From assembly GCA_050613775.1 (NCBI GenBank), contig JBODTK010000127.1:186001-250000 (forward strand): a stretch of DNA of 64,000 nucleotides, in the 5' to 3' direction. A program made the translations under genes and the position numbers. Positions within the stretch are counted from its first letter, which is position 1. Every line of letters begins with the position of its first letter. Of this stretch, positions 33,708 to 48,700 are shown one piece after another. Source of the DNA: Neocallimastix sp. 'constans'. Taxonomy: Eukaryota. Below the pieces are notes generated by a model. The model searched no databases, was not told the DNA's origin, and worked only from the letters and a program-made list of their open reading frames with translations.

Positions 33708-36700
33708 ATAAATAATATTAGTAATCCTATCCAAAATAATAATTCCACTGATAATATTATAAATAACAAACGAATTATTAAACCTACGAGAAGAATAAAT
33801 AAAAAAGTCCTTAACAATAATATTAAAATTGATAATAATAATGAAAATAAAAATAAAAAAAATGAAGTTCATAATAACGCACAGCAAAGAGAAAGAATTA
33901 AGAATAAAATTAATGATAATGATTCAAGTAATAAAATTAATAATATGAAGACAGTTAATAATGTTAATAATATGGACAAAATGAAGAATAAAAATTTAAC
34001 GGAAAAAGAAAAGAAACAAAAACCTACCATACAGATGATGAGAAACCGCGAGCAATATAATATTTGCGAAGATTTATTAAATATTCCAGCAAATATTACA
34101 ATTGGACAACTCCTTAACATTTCAAAAATTTCTAAAGATGAATTAATTAAAGGTATTAAGAATTCAAAGCAAAATAATGAAAATATCATTAATGCTGCTA
34201 ATTCTACTATAGATAATAACTATAATAATAACGATAATAGTAGTAACAATGAAAATTATAGTGATATTAATTATAATAGTAAAATAGCTAATAATTTAAA
34301 TAATAATAATATTGTACACGAACATGATGTTGCAGTTGTACGTGGATATATTAATGGCTATCCTGCTTCAATTTTTATAGACGCGTGTAGTAATGCAAAT
34401 TTAATATCACGTAAATTTTTAAATAAATTTGTTAAAAATTATAAAATTATTGGCCATGATAAAAGTACAATTAGACAAGCGATGGTTGATGATATAAGTC
34501 GTGTTTATGATATTGTTCGCTTAGCTGTTAAACTTGGTTCTGTTGAATTTATTACTGATTTTAAAATTTCCGATAAAGACGATCCTTTTTATGATGCAAT
34601 TATTTCTCTTAAAACACAATCTGATAACAGGATTCTTATTGACACAATTCATAAAGTTCTTGCGTATATGAATATGGACGATAAATTAGTACCTATTAGT
34701 AATATAGAAGATATAAATACCTTCCGTTCTCAGTCTTTATTATGTGTTTCTCCTGAACCAAAAATTGATATTGTTGAGGCTACTTTATTTGTTGATGCTA
34801 ATGAACCTAATTCTAATATTAGTGCTAAAGAAAAAGACGATGTAATTAATTCTATTATTAATCAATTAAAATTTAAAAATAAAAAAGATTATAAAAAATT
34901 TTGTAGATTATAAAAAAAATTTGATGATATTATTGCCATTTCTTCTGATGATTTGGAACCTTCTAAATTATTTCCTCATCATATTATTTTAGAAGAAAAC
35001 TCTATGCCAATTAAACAAAAGGCGTATAAAATTTCTCAGGTTCAATCTAATGCTTTAAAGGAAGAACTTCGTAAATTATTGGAGAAAAAGTTAATTGAAC
35101 CTTCTCATTCTCCATGGGCTTCTCCTGTTGTTTTAGTTTTAAAGAAAAATGGTAAATGGCGTCTTTGTGTTGATTTTAGGAAGTTGAATGATATTACTAT
35201 TAAAGATGCCTATGCACTCCCAAAAATTCGTGAAATCTTTGATGCTTTGAAAGATGCAAAAATATTTTCTTCTATTGATTTATTTAGTGGTTACCATCAA
35301 ATTCCTATGTGGGCTGAAGATATGGAAAAGACTTCTTTTACAACAAAATTTGGTAATTACTATTTTAAAGTTATGCCCTTTGGTTTAACTAACGCGCCTG
35401 CTACCTTCCAGCGTGAAATGAATAGAATCTTCTTTGATTTAATTAATGATTGCGTTCAAATATACTTAGATGATATTATTATTTATTCCGATAGTTTTGA
35501 AAATCATCTAATTCATCTTTCCAAAGTTTTTAATATTTTAAGAAAATATAATTTAAAATTAAACATAGAAAAATGTCATTTCTGTCAAACAGAAATTGAA
35601 GCTTTAGGTCATAAAGTTACTACTGATGGTTTACTTCCTCTAGATAAGAAAACGCTTTCCATTATGAATATGACACCTCCTACTAATGTATCCGAACTTC
35701 GTTCTTTTCTAGGCATGACTGGTTATTATAGAAATTTCATTGACAATTACTCTGCTAAATCTGCACCTCTTTGTTCTTTGTTAAGGAAGAATACTCCATT
35801 TGTTTGGACTGATTCTCAAAACAATAGCTTTCAATTATTAAAGAATTGTTTAATCAGTGCCCCTATCCTCTGTTACCCTAAATTTGATATTCCATTTATT
35901 ATTCGTTCCGATGCTTGTGGTTATGGTATTGGTGGTGTTCTTTTACAGCTTTATGATGATAATATTGAACACCCTATTTATTTTGTTAGTAGAAGTTTAA
36001 AAAAATCTGTGAAAAATTATACTACAACTGAACTTGAAGGCACTACTGCTTATTATTGCTTAGTCCAATTCGAACATTATATTTTAGGTAATCCATTCAA
36101 AACAATTCTATATACTGATCACAAACCTTTAGTTTCTATTATTAAAAGTTGTGAGCCGAATACTCTTAAACATCAACGTTGGTGTGATAAATTTAGTAAA
36201 CTTCAAGTTGATATTGTTTATCACCCTGGTAAAGCTAATTTGATTGCTGATGCATTGTCTAGAGTTGTTCGTAAAGACTTCTCTGTTACTAATGTTTGTA
36301 TTAGTTCTAATTCTCTTCTTAATAGCGATATTCTGTTCACTTCTGTCAACAATTCTAATAGTTCCATTGATTCCTCCATTGTTAATAATTCACCTATTGA
36401 TAGCTCCATTCTCACCCAGAAGGAGAACGAAAAATTCATTTCTGAATTTATGTATAAATTTTTAACCGAAAAAATAGTTAAAATTGATAATAAATTATAT
36501 TTTAGAGATGATAATAAATTAAGAAAAATTATTGATGATCCCTATGAAAAAATTAAAATTATTACTAAAGAACATAGAGTGGGTCATGAAGGTATTCAGA
36601 AAACTTACGAAAGAATAAAAGAAAAGTATTATTGGAAAAATTTAATAATAGATGTAAAAAAATATATTTCGCTATGCAAAATATGTCAACTAAATCGTTC

Positions 36701-37589
36701 TGAGCCATTGCCGAAACCAACAGAAAAATATGGAACTCCTGTAGAAGCTCCTTTTGTTAGAGTTGGTTTAGATATTATTGGACCCCTAAAAGAAACACAA
36801 CAAGGTAATAAATATATTATTGTTTGCGTAGATTATTTTACAAAGTGGGTAGAAGCTAAACCACTTCGTACTACTACTTCACAGGACGTAACAAATTTCT
36901 TAGTAGAAGTTTTTAGTAGACATGGTATACCAGAACTAATTATTACAGATAATGGTGTACAGTTTACTGCTGATTATACTAAAATATTTTTAGATCTATA
37001 TGATGTGTACGTTCATTTTGTTAGTACATATCATCCAGAATCAAATGGATTAGTGGAAAACAGAAATAGAGAAATAGGAAAGCAATTAAGAAATTTCTCG
37101 AATGATAACAAACATTGGGATATTTTGTTACCGCTGGCTTTATGGGCTTTAAGAACCAGTAAATCTGCTGTAACGGGTTATTCAAGTTTTGAACTTTTAT
37201 ATGGACGTAAGGAATTACTACCTATAGATATAAATTTAAGAAATTCAATTTTGGAAGATAATAGTAGAACTATGGACGAAATATTAATGGAAAGGTTCGT
37301 TGAGCATGCTAAATGGGTTGAAAAAGCAGCAAAAAAAATGCTTGGAACAATCCATTATTGGAAAACTCGAAGACAAGCTCAACAAAGTATGGAAAATAAG
37401 AAAAATTTTAAAATTGGTGATTTAGTAAAAATAAGAAATCACCAACGAACTAAACTTGAACCGTATTTCCTTGGTCCATATATAATTAAGGACATATCTT
37501 GGAATACAGTTCAATTACAGGATGCTATGGACGGTACAAAATTGGAAAGAAACGTCCATATTAAAAATATATTACCTTTTAATGAATGA
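33708..37589 (+). pseudogene. pol: Pol of F with one in-frame stop (34911-34913)
   Basis: ORFs 33945..34913 and 34953..37589 are in the same frame; FIDACS protease, YLDD, RSDAC, integrase, GPY. Confidence 0.85.
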
Positions 37590-38351
37590 AATTTCAAATT
37601 GAAATTTCAAAAATCTTTAATTTCTTTATATATAAAAAAAAAAATTTTTTTATTATTAAAATTTTATTATAAAAATTTTCAAAAATTTCATTTTTTTTTA
37701 TTATTAAATTTAATATAAATTAATATAAAATTTTTAATCTAAATTATTATAAATTTAATTTCACTAATTTCTTGCGAAATTAAGTTCAATTCTAGCAGGG
37801 AAGTTTCTGATATAAAACAAATATGTGTAGCAACATATTTGTATATTTGAATATTTGTATATTCAGATATTAAATTTATATCTTATTATTTATAATAATT
37901 TATATTATTATATATTTTATATTATTATGTATATTTTATATTATTTATATTTTGTATATATTATTTATATTCCTTATATATATTTCTTAAATATTAAATT
38001 ATACTTCTTATTTTAAATTATTAAAGTTTATAATTATTAAAGTATATATAATTAATATAATAGTTTATATTATTTATATATTATTCATATTAAAATATTA
38101 TTATTTATTTATATATATATTATATTTATATATATATATTTATTTATAATAATTATATATTATTAATACTTTACAGTATAATTAATATTAACTCTTATTC
38201 TTGTTTTTGTTTTTCTTTAGTAGAAATAATATTGTAATTATAAAATAAATATTAATAAAAATTATTAATAACTCAAATACACTTATTAAACCAGCTACAA
38301 CATAAAGAATATCACATTATAAATTATTGCACATAAAAGTCCCGCATATCA
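33708..38351 (+). mobile_element. 5'-truncated Gypsy element 'F' (pol plus 3' LTR)
   Basis: Pol frame open from 33708. PPT AGCAGGGAAG then TGATAT at 37808. LTR end is ATATCA at either 38314 or 38351. No gag or 5' LTR. Confidence 0.8.
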
Positions 38352-38384
38352 CTATAATATTCACGTGTATCTTTCTCTTAACAT

Positions 38385-38386
38385 AT

Positions 38387-38485
<99 letters not shown>

Positions 38486-38486
38486 T
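38385..38486. repeat. (TATT)n microsatellite
   Basis: About 25 tandem TATT/ATTT units. Confidence 0.9.
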
Positions 38487-38643
38487 TATAATTTTTTTTT
38501 TTTATTAATTATATGATTTAATAACTTTTTTTCTTTTTTAAAATTTATTTTTTATTATTTTTAAATTAAAATAAGTATATTTAATAAAGCAAAATTAACA
38601 GGACCAATTATATAAAAAATTATTTTTATTTTTTATATTTATT

Positions 38644-40210
<1,567 letters not shown>

Positions 40211-41133
40211 TTTTTTGAAAATACTGAATTAAAATAATTTATTTTTAATATTAAAAATTTAAAAAACTTTTTAAAATTTTAGTATTTTTTTTTTTTATTT
40301 GTGTAGAGAATTAATATAATTTTTTTATTAAACAATTTTTTATTTATGTAAAGAATTAATATAATTTTTTTTTTATTAAATAATATATATACATAAAAAA
40401 ATAAAATAAAGATTTTTTCATTATCTTTTTATATTATTCTATACATGTATAATTTATATTTTAATATTTTATATTAAAAATTTAATTAATAATTGTTTTT
40501 TTTTTTTTTTTTTTTTTTTTTTTGCGGAAGAACTAAAATACCCAAATCCTTAATATAAATGAATTTTATTTACTTATAATTATTTTTCAAAAGTACAAAT
40601 TAACTATTTCAAAAAAAACATATTTTAATTTCTTTTATATGAATAAATAAAAAGATTCTTATATTTATTATTAATTATTAGTAATAATTATATATTTATT
40701 TTAAATAACTATATTAATTAAACTTATATATAACATTAGAAGATTTTGTAATTTTTTTTGTTTTTTAATAATTATAAATATTTTATATATGAAAATATTA
40801 ATAATAATTTTTGTGAGAATTCTACATATGGCAATAATTAATTTTTGAAATTTCAAAATATCAATAAAATATTTGCAATTTATAATTAGTTAATATAAAA
40901 TCCCATATTAATAAATAAATAATATTTTTCAATTATAATTGTAATTTTCTATGAATAAAAATTTTATTAATTAATTAATGTACATAATGTTGTACAATAC
41001 AATTAATATGTGATTGGTATAATGAAATATGTTCATATATTAATAGATTAAAAATATATATATTTTTTTGGAAATATATATATTAAGTTATATCCTTCAA
41101 TTTTAGAATTCCTCTTTCAATTGAGTATTAAAA

Positions 41134-41790
41134 ATGGTGTGTGTAGAAATTCATATGTATTTGAAAAAGAAATATAATATAGTTAAATTAAATATGAAAT
41201 TAGGAAAAATTTAATTATAGTACTTAATAATTAATAGATTTGAAAGTGATATTTGAATATTTATATATAAAATTTTATGTAAATAATACTAATAAATATG
41301 GATGGAAATTTAATTAATTAATATAATGAAATGAATAGATATTAAATTAAAAAATATTATATTAATGTAATATTTAAAATTAAATAAAAATAAAAAGGCT
41401 CCAGATAAGGCAGCAAAAGCCGCAGCAGCTAAAGCCGGTGGTAAGGCCAAAAAGAAGGTATGTAAAATATCATTAAAATAGGTTTTAGTTTGGATTGAAA
41501 TTTAAAAATTAATATAATCTTTGTTTAATGTTTAATAGAAGTGGTCTAAGGGAAAAGTTAAGGATAAGGCTAATAATGCAGTAACTTTCAATCAAGAAAC
41601 TTATGATAGACTTTTCAAAGAAGTACCAACTTACAAGTTAATTACTCCATCCCAATTAGTTGATCGTCTTAAGATTAATGCTTCTTTAGCTCGTGCTGCT
41701 CTAAAGGAACTTGAACATAAAGGCTTAATCCGTTTAATTTCTTCCCATAAATCTCAACTTATTTACACTAGAGCTACTTTAGAACAGTAA
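41134..41790 (+). CDS. RPS25: 40S ribosomal protein eS25, 3 exons, 104 aa
   Basis: Exons ATG 41134-41136 (inferred), 41398-41457, 41539-41790. Translation [36 protein letters not shown]...[12 protein letters not shown]...QLIYTRAT. Pyrimidine tract CCTCTTTC at 41111. Confidence 0.95.
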
Positions 41791-42353
41791 ATAAAGGAAA
41801 ATGAAGAAATGAAAAAGCAATTCAGAATGAAATGTGTCAATTTGAATAAAAATTATATTCTTAATAAATAGTAATATTATTAAGGGTATAGAGCATTTCC
41901 CTAAAATAAAGCTCTTGAAAATTAAAAATATTACGGTTTTTTTAATATATTGTTTTACCGATAATTTATGCTCATGTTGAAAAATTTGAATTTTTGCATT
42001 TTAATAAAATTCATTTTTATTTAAATAAAATAAATGAAATGATGCCAGTTTTAAAGTATTTATTATGATTTATTTTATATACATATATATTTGTTTTTTT
42101 ATTTATTTTTTTATTTATTTATTTAATGAAATAATATTTAAACATGTTTAACATTTGTCTTTTGGATTTAATCAATTAAAGAATATAATATAAATAGTTA
42201 TTTATATAATTAGTTAAAATTTATTATTATTATTATTATTTTACTGATTTTTTCTATATTTATGATTTGTTGTTAATATTATTAAAATTAAAATTACAAA
42301 ATAATTTTAAAGAAGAAATTATTTATATAATATTTTTACTATTATAAAATTAT

Positions 42354-45300
42354 GGGGAAGTTGCATTACGCCAATTTTTCACGTGATATATATAAATTTG
42401 TGGCTATAGCTATATTATACTACATAATATTATTTTATTGTATTATTTTGTTATTTCAATTTTTAAATTAATTATTAAGTGAATAATTAAATAAATCATA
42501 TAATGGTTAGATTTTTTGATTTTAATTCTTTTTTTTAATAATAATTCTTTTATTTAAATGTTATTAAAAATATAAATATTATTAATTATTTTACTTAAAT
42601 GTTATTAATAAAAAAAACACATAAAAATATAAATGTTATTAATAATAATTCTTCTTTTATTTAAATGCTATTAAAAATATAAATATTATTAATTATTTTA
42701 CTTAAATGTTAATAAAAAAAAACATATAAAAATATAAATGTTATTAATAATAATTCTTTTACTTAAATGTTATTAAAAATATAAAACTAATAATAATAAT
42801 TTTTTATTTAAATTTTATTAATAAAAAATTATATAAAATTACAAATGTTATTAAAAATATAAATTTTATTAATAATAATTCTTTTCTTTTAAAAATTATT
42901 AAGCGAAATAATAATTATAATGATAAAACTATAAATTATACATTGTATTTGAATATTTATTAAAACTGTATAAATTTAATATGCTTTATAAATTAAATTA
43001 TTGAATGACAGAATTCTGATTATTTCATTTGGTCATTCCTCATTTCTTAATTATTTATTATAAAGTAATATTTATATTATATTATTTAAATTAGTTAAAC
43101 AATCAAACCACAAATTAATAATTTTATTTCTATCACATTTAGCATCAATTAACTTGGCTTCAATACTTTTGAAGCGTTCAATTAAGACACTGATTTCATT
43201 AGCTTTATTTATTGCTCTTTTTTTTATTTTCCAAATTCCTCTTATTTTTCTTTGATAATCATAATATGATAAATGTTCAAGTTCATTTAATTTATCTATT
43301 AATTCATAAAAAGATGGTTTTGTTGGAAATAAATTATTTAAATAATTATTGAGTGATTCTGAGGCATTGTTTGTTATATGTTCTATATTATTATAATAAT
43401 TCCAAATTTTCATATCATAATCAATTAAATATGTTTTATAAAAATATTCTAAAAATTTTAAAAATTGACAATAATTATTTTTAATGGATTTAATTTTAAT
43501 TATAACATAAATATCAAATATATATTCAGGATTTATAAATGGTAAATTTGAAATAGCTTTATAATAAATAAATATATTATTATTATTTTTTACTTCATTA
43601 TAGCATAATTTATTTTTTTTAATTTCTAGTGATTTTTTATAATGCCAAATGCAATATTTAATATTTGTATTAGGAAATATTGTTTTTGCTGCTTTAGATA
43701 TGGTCCTTTCAAAATCACAATGCAAATTTTTTGGTTCAATTCTAATATTATTGTTACATGTATTAGCATTTTTTTTCAATTTTTCAAATAACATTTTATA
43801 TGTTTCTTGTTCTTTATTTTTTAATATTGCAAAAGAAGTAGTGTAAAAACTATCTAATTCTTTAGCATAAGTTCTTGTAATAAATACTTGATAACTAAAT
43901 TTAGGGGCAATAAAAAATGTACCATCAACAAATATATCATTATTATATTCCCTAAATAATTTTGCTTGAAAAGGGGATTTAAAAATTATTAAATTAGAAT
44001 TTTTGAATATCATAAAATTTTCACCTCGCTTTGTTTTATAATATTCAGATTCACTTGGAATTTCAGCAAATGTTGTTACATTGGATGGTAGTTTTTTATT
44101 TAAATTTCTTGATATTTGGGATTTAATTGAATTATATTCTGGACATATAAGTCCCATTTCTTTAGAAATTTTATTATATAGGGGTTTTATTTTTATACCA
44201 AAAGGAATTGAACTTTTTTCAATTCCATCTTTAATTTTATGTTTCATAATAGATAGGGATACATCGTATTCATTTTCAGGATGATTATGTGAACTATTAT
44301 ACTTTAAAATTTCTTTCTTATCATTTAAAATAATAAAAGATTTACATTTATTTATTTTTTTATATTCTGTACATTTATACACTTTGGAATTATCTTTTCT
44401 TTTATATGAAAAATTAAATTTATATTTTTTATTAATAATAATTTGTTCTTTTCCTTTGTTGGAATTACTTATATCAATAATTAAATTTTCTTCCATTTCT
44501 ATATTTTTATAAATATTTTTTAATTATATAATTATAATTATTATATTAATTGTCCAATATTATTCGTAATATTAATTTTGAAAAATTAGTTTTTCAATTA
44601 TTTGTAAAATAAATAAATAAATAAATAAAGAATGTAATAATATAAGTACAAGTATATAAAATAAAATAAATATTAAATGTAATATTATAAAAGTACAAGT
44701 ATATATAATAAAATAAATATTTATTATTTTTTTTTATTAAAGAATATTAAAGACAATTTATTTTTAAAAATAAAATGTTTTATTTAATTATATATGTTAG
44801 AAAGCAAAAAATCATTTATATTTAATGAGATTATTAACTACCAATAATATTAAACTACATCATTAATTGAATATAATAAAAATGTAAAAAATTTTCATTT
44901 CGAAAACATTGATCTTTAATATTCTTTAATAAAAATTAATAATAGATATTTATTTTATTTTATTTTATTTTATTTTATTTTATTCAATCTGTACTTTATT
45001 TTTAATATTCTACTATTTATTTTATTTTATTTTATTTTATTTTATTTTATTTTATTTTTATTAATACTTTATTCTTTTATACTACTTCATTATTTATTTT
45101 ATTTTATTTTATTTTATTTTATTTTTATTAATATTTTATTCTTTTATATTACTTCATTATTTATTTTATTTTATTTTATTCAATCTGTACTTATATTTAT
45201 ATTCACATTCTACTATTTATTTTATTTTATTTTATTAAATATGTACTTTATATTCATATTCTACTATTTATTTTATTTTATTTTATTAAATATGTACTTT

Positions 45301-45615
45301 ATATTCATATTCTACTATTTATTTTATTTTATTTTATATTATTTTATTTTATTCAATCTGTACTTTATATTCATATTCTACTATTTATTTTATTTTATTT
45401 TATTTTATATATTTTTTTTATTATATTCTTTATTTATTTATCTATTTATTTATTAATTTATACATTTATTTATTTTAAAATTAATTGTATTATAATTTTT
45501 TATGGCGTTAACAAAAAATTTTACAAGCCATTAAAAATAAATGGCGTATTGAAAATTTGTATTTTAAAAATTGGCGAAATGTACCACATTCATTATGTCG
45601 AAATGCAAAACTCCC
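42354..45615 (-). mobile_element. Mutator-like (MULE) DNA transposon
   Basis: Imperfect TIRs GGGGAAGTTGCATTACGCCA / TGTCGAAATGCAAAACTCCC, subterminal CGCCAATTTTT motifs, AT-rich internal repeats. TSD not cleanly resolved. Confidence 0.75.
43072..44496 (-). CDS. MULE transposase
   Basis: 474 aa; N-terminal YKC...C...HNH zinc motif; FVDGTF, HCDFE, CIWH and TNNASES (D, D, CxxH, E). Confidence 0.88.
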   Translation of the reverse strand: MEENLIIDISNSNKGKEQIIINKKYKFNFSYKRKDNSKVYKCTEYKKINKCKSFIILNDKKEILKYNSSHNHPENEYDVSLSIMKHKIKDGIEKSSIPFGIKIKPLYNKISKEMGLICPEYNSIKSQISRNLNKKLPSNVTTFAEIPSESEYYKTKRGENFMIFKNSNLIIFKSPFQAKLFREYNNDIFVDGTFFIAPKFSYQVFITRTYAKELDSFYTTSFAILKNKEQETYKMLFEKLKKNANTCNNNIRIEPKNLHCDFERTISKAAKTIFPNTNIKYCIWHYKKSLEIKKNKLCYNEVKNNNNIFIYYKAISNLPFINPEYIFDIYVIIKIKSIKNNYCQFLKFLEYFYKTYLIDYDMKIWNYYNNIEHITNNASESLNNYLNNLFPTKPSFYELIDKLNELEHLSYYDYQRKIRGIWKIKKRAINKANEISVLIERFKSIEAKLIDAKCDRNKIINLWFDCLTNLNNII

Positions 45616-45742
45616 ATTAAAAATAAATTAAAAATGCATTAACATAGATTTATGTTATGCAAAACATTGAAAATTATAATAAATAAATAAATGAATAAAA
45701 TAGATAAATAAATGGGTAGTTCACATTTATTATTATTATTAT

Positions 45743-48700
45743 TGTTGACTGCACTCATAATTTAACTATATATTTAATTTATTTATTTATAGTATTTATT
45801 TATATTTATGTGTATTTATTTATTTATATTTAATGATTACTTAAATGTATTATGATCTATCGTCTTGTATAAATCTATGTTAATTATCTTTTAATATTTA
45901 TTTAATTAATTTTTAATTTATTTTATGTTATGGAAAACGCATGTTGTAACATGTGACTTTATTACTTATTTAAAGCCGAAAGATAGATCATACACTTATT
46001 TCCCTTGTATACCATATTCCATAAGGAATATTATTATAGATCTAAATTTAATAAAGCTAACAGATTAAGAGTCTTAGTTGACTCATATCATTTATTATTA
46101 AAAGTACTTAATTAATACGCTTCACCGCTCCGAAATCATGCAAGACTTTAACTTAGCTAAGGACCAACGCCTCCATGGAAAATCCAACTTTAATGAGTGG
46201 AAATTCCTTATTGACAATGCCGCTAAACGTCAAGGTATTAAGGAATTCATGGAAGTCGACGTCATTGGAAAACTTAATGATGTAGGTTTTGATTACAACC
46301 CCAATGTCAACGATGTTATCAACAAGGTAATTACTAAATTAATTACCAAAATGTTACCGCAAGCTCCTGCCGAACCTATTCGAAACAATAATGCTGAGGT
46401 TAATCGAAACAATAATGTTGATATCAATACTCAGCTAACTAACTTTTTTGGTAATCCTCTTAATCATATCAGATTAGTTGAGGAAGCAGAAAGGATCGAT
46501 GCTGACATGATACTCATGATCAGTAAGAATGTCGATGATTCTGTTTTAAGAGAAATCAGCAGACTTAATAATGGTTTCCGTATAATGGAAAGACTCAAAT
46601 CAAAATATGGAAATTCAAATGCTGATATGGAATACTGGCTTAAAAGATTAAGAAGTATTAAAGCCAGAGATAGAAATCAAATCATCGAAAAGCTAGAACT
46701 TATGAAAGAAACTTTCGATGATATGGAAGAACAACATGTGGAGATCACTGATAAGGAAAAATTAAAATATCTCTATAACGTACTACCGGATGATTATAAA
46801 AATATCATTCAAATTAATTTGAATAGTGACCCTAATGTATATATTAATAATCTCAAAAGTTTTATTTATGCAAAATCTTACCTAGAAAATTGGGAAGATA
46901 ACAAAACCATTGAAAAAGATGATCCAATGGATCTAGATTTTATCAGTAGAGGAAGAAGAACTAGTAATTCCTCAAAGAAAAATGAACACAACAACCATAA
47001 TAACAAAGGCTCTAACTCTAAGAAAAGAGGAAAGCAAAATGGTAACCAATATAACAATAATAATAAAGATAATAGTAACAAAGACAATAATAATAAATCA
47101 TATTGTCACATTTGTGAAGTTAAAGGACACTCTACCAGAAACTGCATATATAATATGAAGACGAAGTCAAATCATAATAAAGGGAGGCAAGAAAAGCTTC
47201 AAGTAAAGACCACATTAAATGATCATCCAAAGAAGTCTTTACATTTAATAAGTAAAATTTCTGATCCAGACAGTGCCAGTAGTTATGACGATAATTTTGA
47301 TTTTGAAGACGCAAGGGCACTGATAGAAAAACAAGAAGAAATAAACATTAACAATAAGGTTAAATTTTCTGGATTAATTGAATACGTGAATGATAGTTCT
47401 ATTATTCCAAAGGAGATAACAATTCCTAATAAAAAAGAGGAATTATATGTAAACAACATCAATTATTATGAAGAAAATGATAAGACTAGTGAATGGTTAT
47501 ATGATACTGGTGCTGGAGAACATATAACTAATGATTTTAATTTGCTAAATAATTTTATTCACTGCAAAATAAAGTTAAGATGTGCCAATGGGACAATGTG
47601 TAGCTTCGAAGGATATGGTACTTACGAATGTTACATTAATGGAATATATTTACGACTAGACAAGGTATTATATTCAAAATCTGCAACTAAAAATCTTATT
47701 AGTGGAATAGAACTGGCCAAAATAGGATATAGAGTCATTATTGACACTGATGATTATACACGTGGTAGATTTAACTTATGGGGTCCAAATAATGTATATA
47801 TAGGAACTTATTATTCTACAAATGATAATCAATTCTTAGTAAATACTTACAAGATTAATAAAAACTTTGAAGAAAAGGATAAAAATATTATGGCTTTAAA
47901 CGAAGTTGATGAAAAAAGCCTTGAAATTTGGCATAGAAGACTAGGTCATTATTACCTAGAAAACATAAACAAATATCTAAGTTTACACCAAATAAAAACT
48001 CCTAAATGCATAGAATGTAAAATAGCTAAAATGTCAAGGAAATCACACGGAGGAAAAACACCAAAAGCTACGAAAATATTAGAAATAATACATTCAGACA
48101 TTTCAGGTCCATACAATTCATCTATCAATAATAAAAAATACTTTATTACATTCATGGATGAATTCTCAAGAAAAGTATGGATATATACTTTAAAATCTAA
48201 AGCCGAAGCCCCCGAATTAATTGTGGAATTCTTCAAGTACTTAAATAACCAATTTGAAGAATATAATATTAAAATATTTAAATCAGATGGAGGAAAGGAA
48301 TTTAAAAATAAAACAGTTAATAAATACTGTAAAGAAAATGGAATAGAAAAAACCTATTCTCCTCCAGGTTGTCCTGAAGTTAATGGAAAAGCTGAAAGAA
48401 TAAACAGAACTCTTAGAAATTCAGCTAAAACTCTTCTATATTGGGCAGAATTATCAGAAAACTTTTGGAATTTCGCCATAAAACAGGCATGCTACATATA
48501 TAACTTAATTCCCCATTCAGGAAATAAATTTTTAATACCCAATGAAGTATTTTACAACAAAAAGGTAGAGTTAACACATTTAAAAACCTTTGGTTGTGTG
48601 TGTTATTACAGGGATGATACACAACACAAATCAAAATTTTTACCAAATGCTAAGAAGGGCGTATTCTTGGGATTTGATGATAAAAAATATTCATATATTA

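Noticed and set aside
45616..45725. Degenerate inverted relic of a G-like LTR (shares ATTAACATAGATTTAT)
   Set aside because: Only a ~16-nt match in AT-rich sequence; too weak to call.
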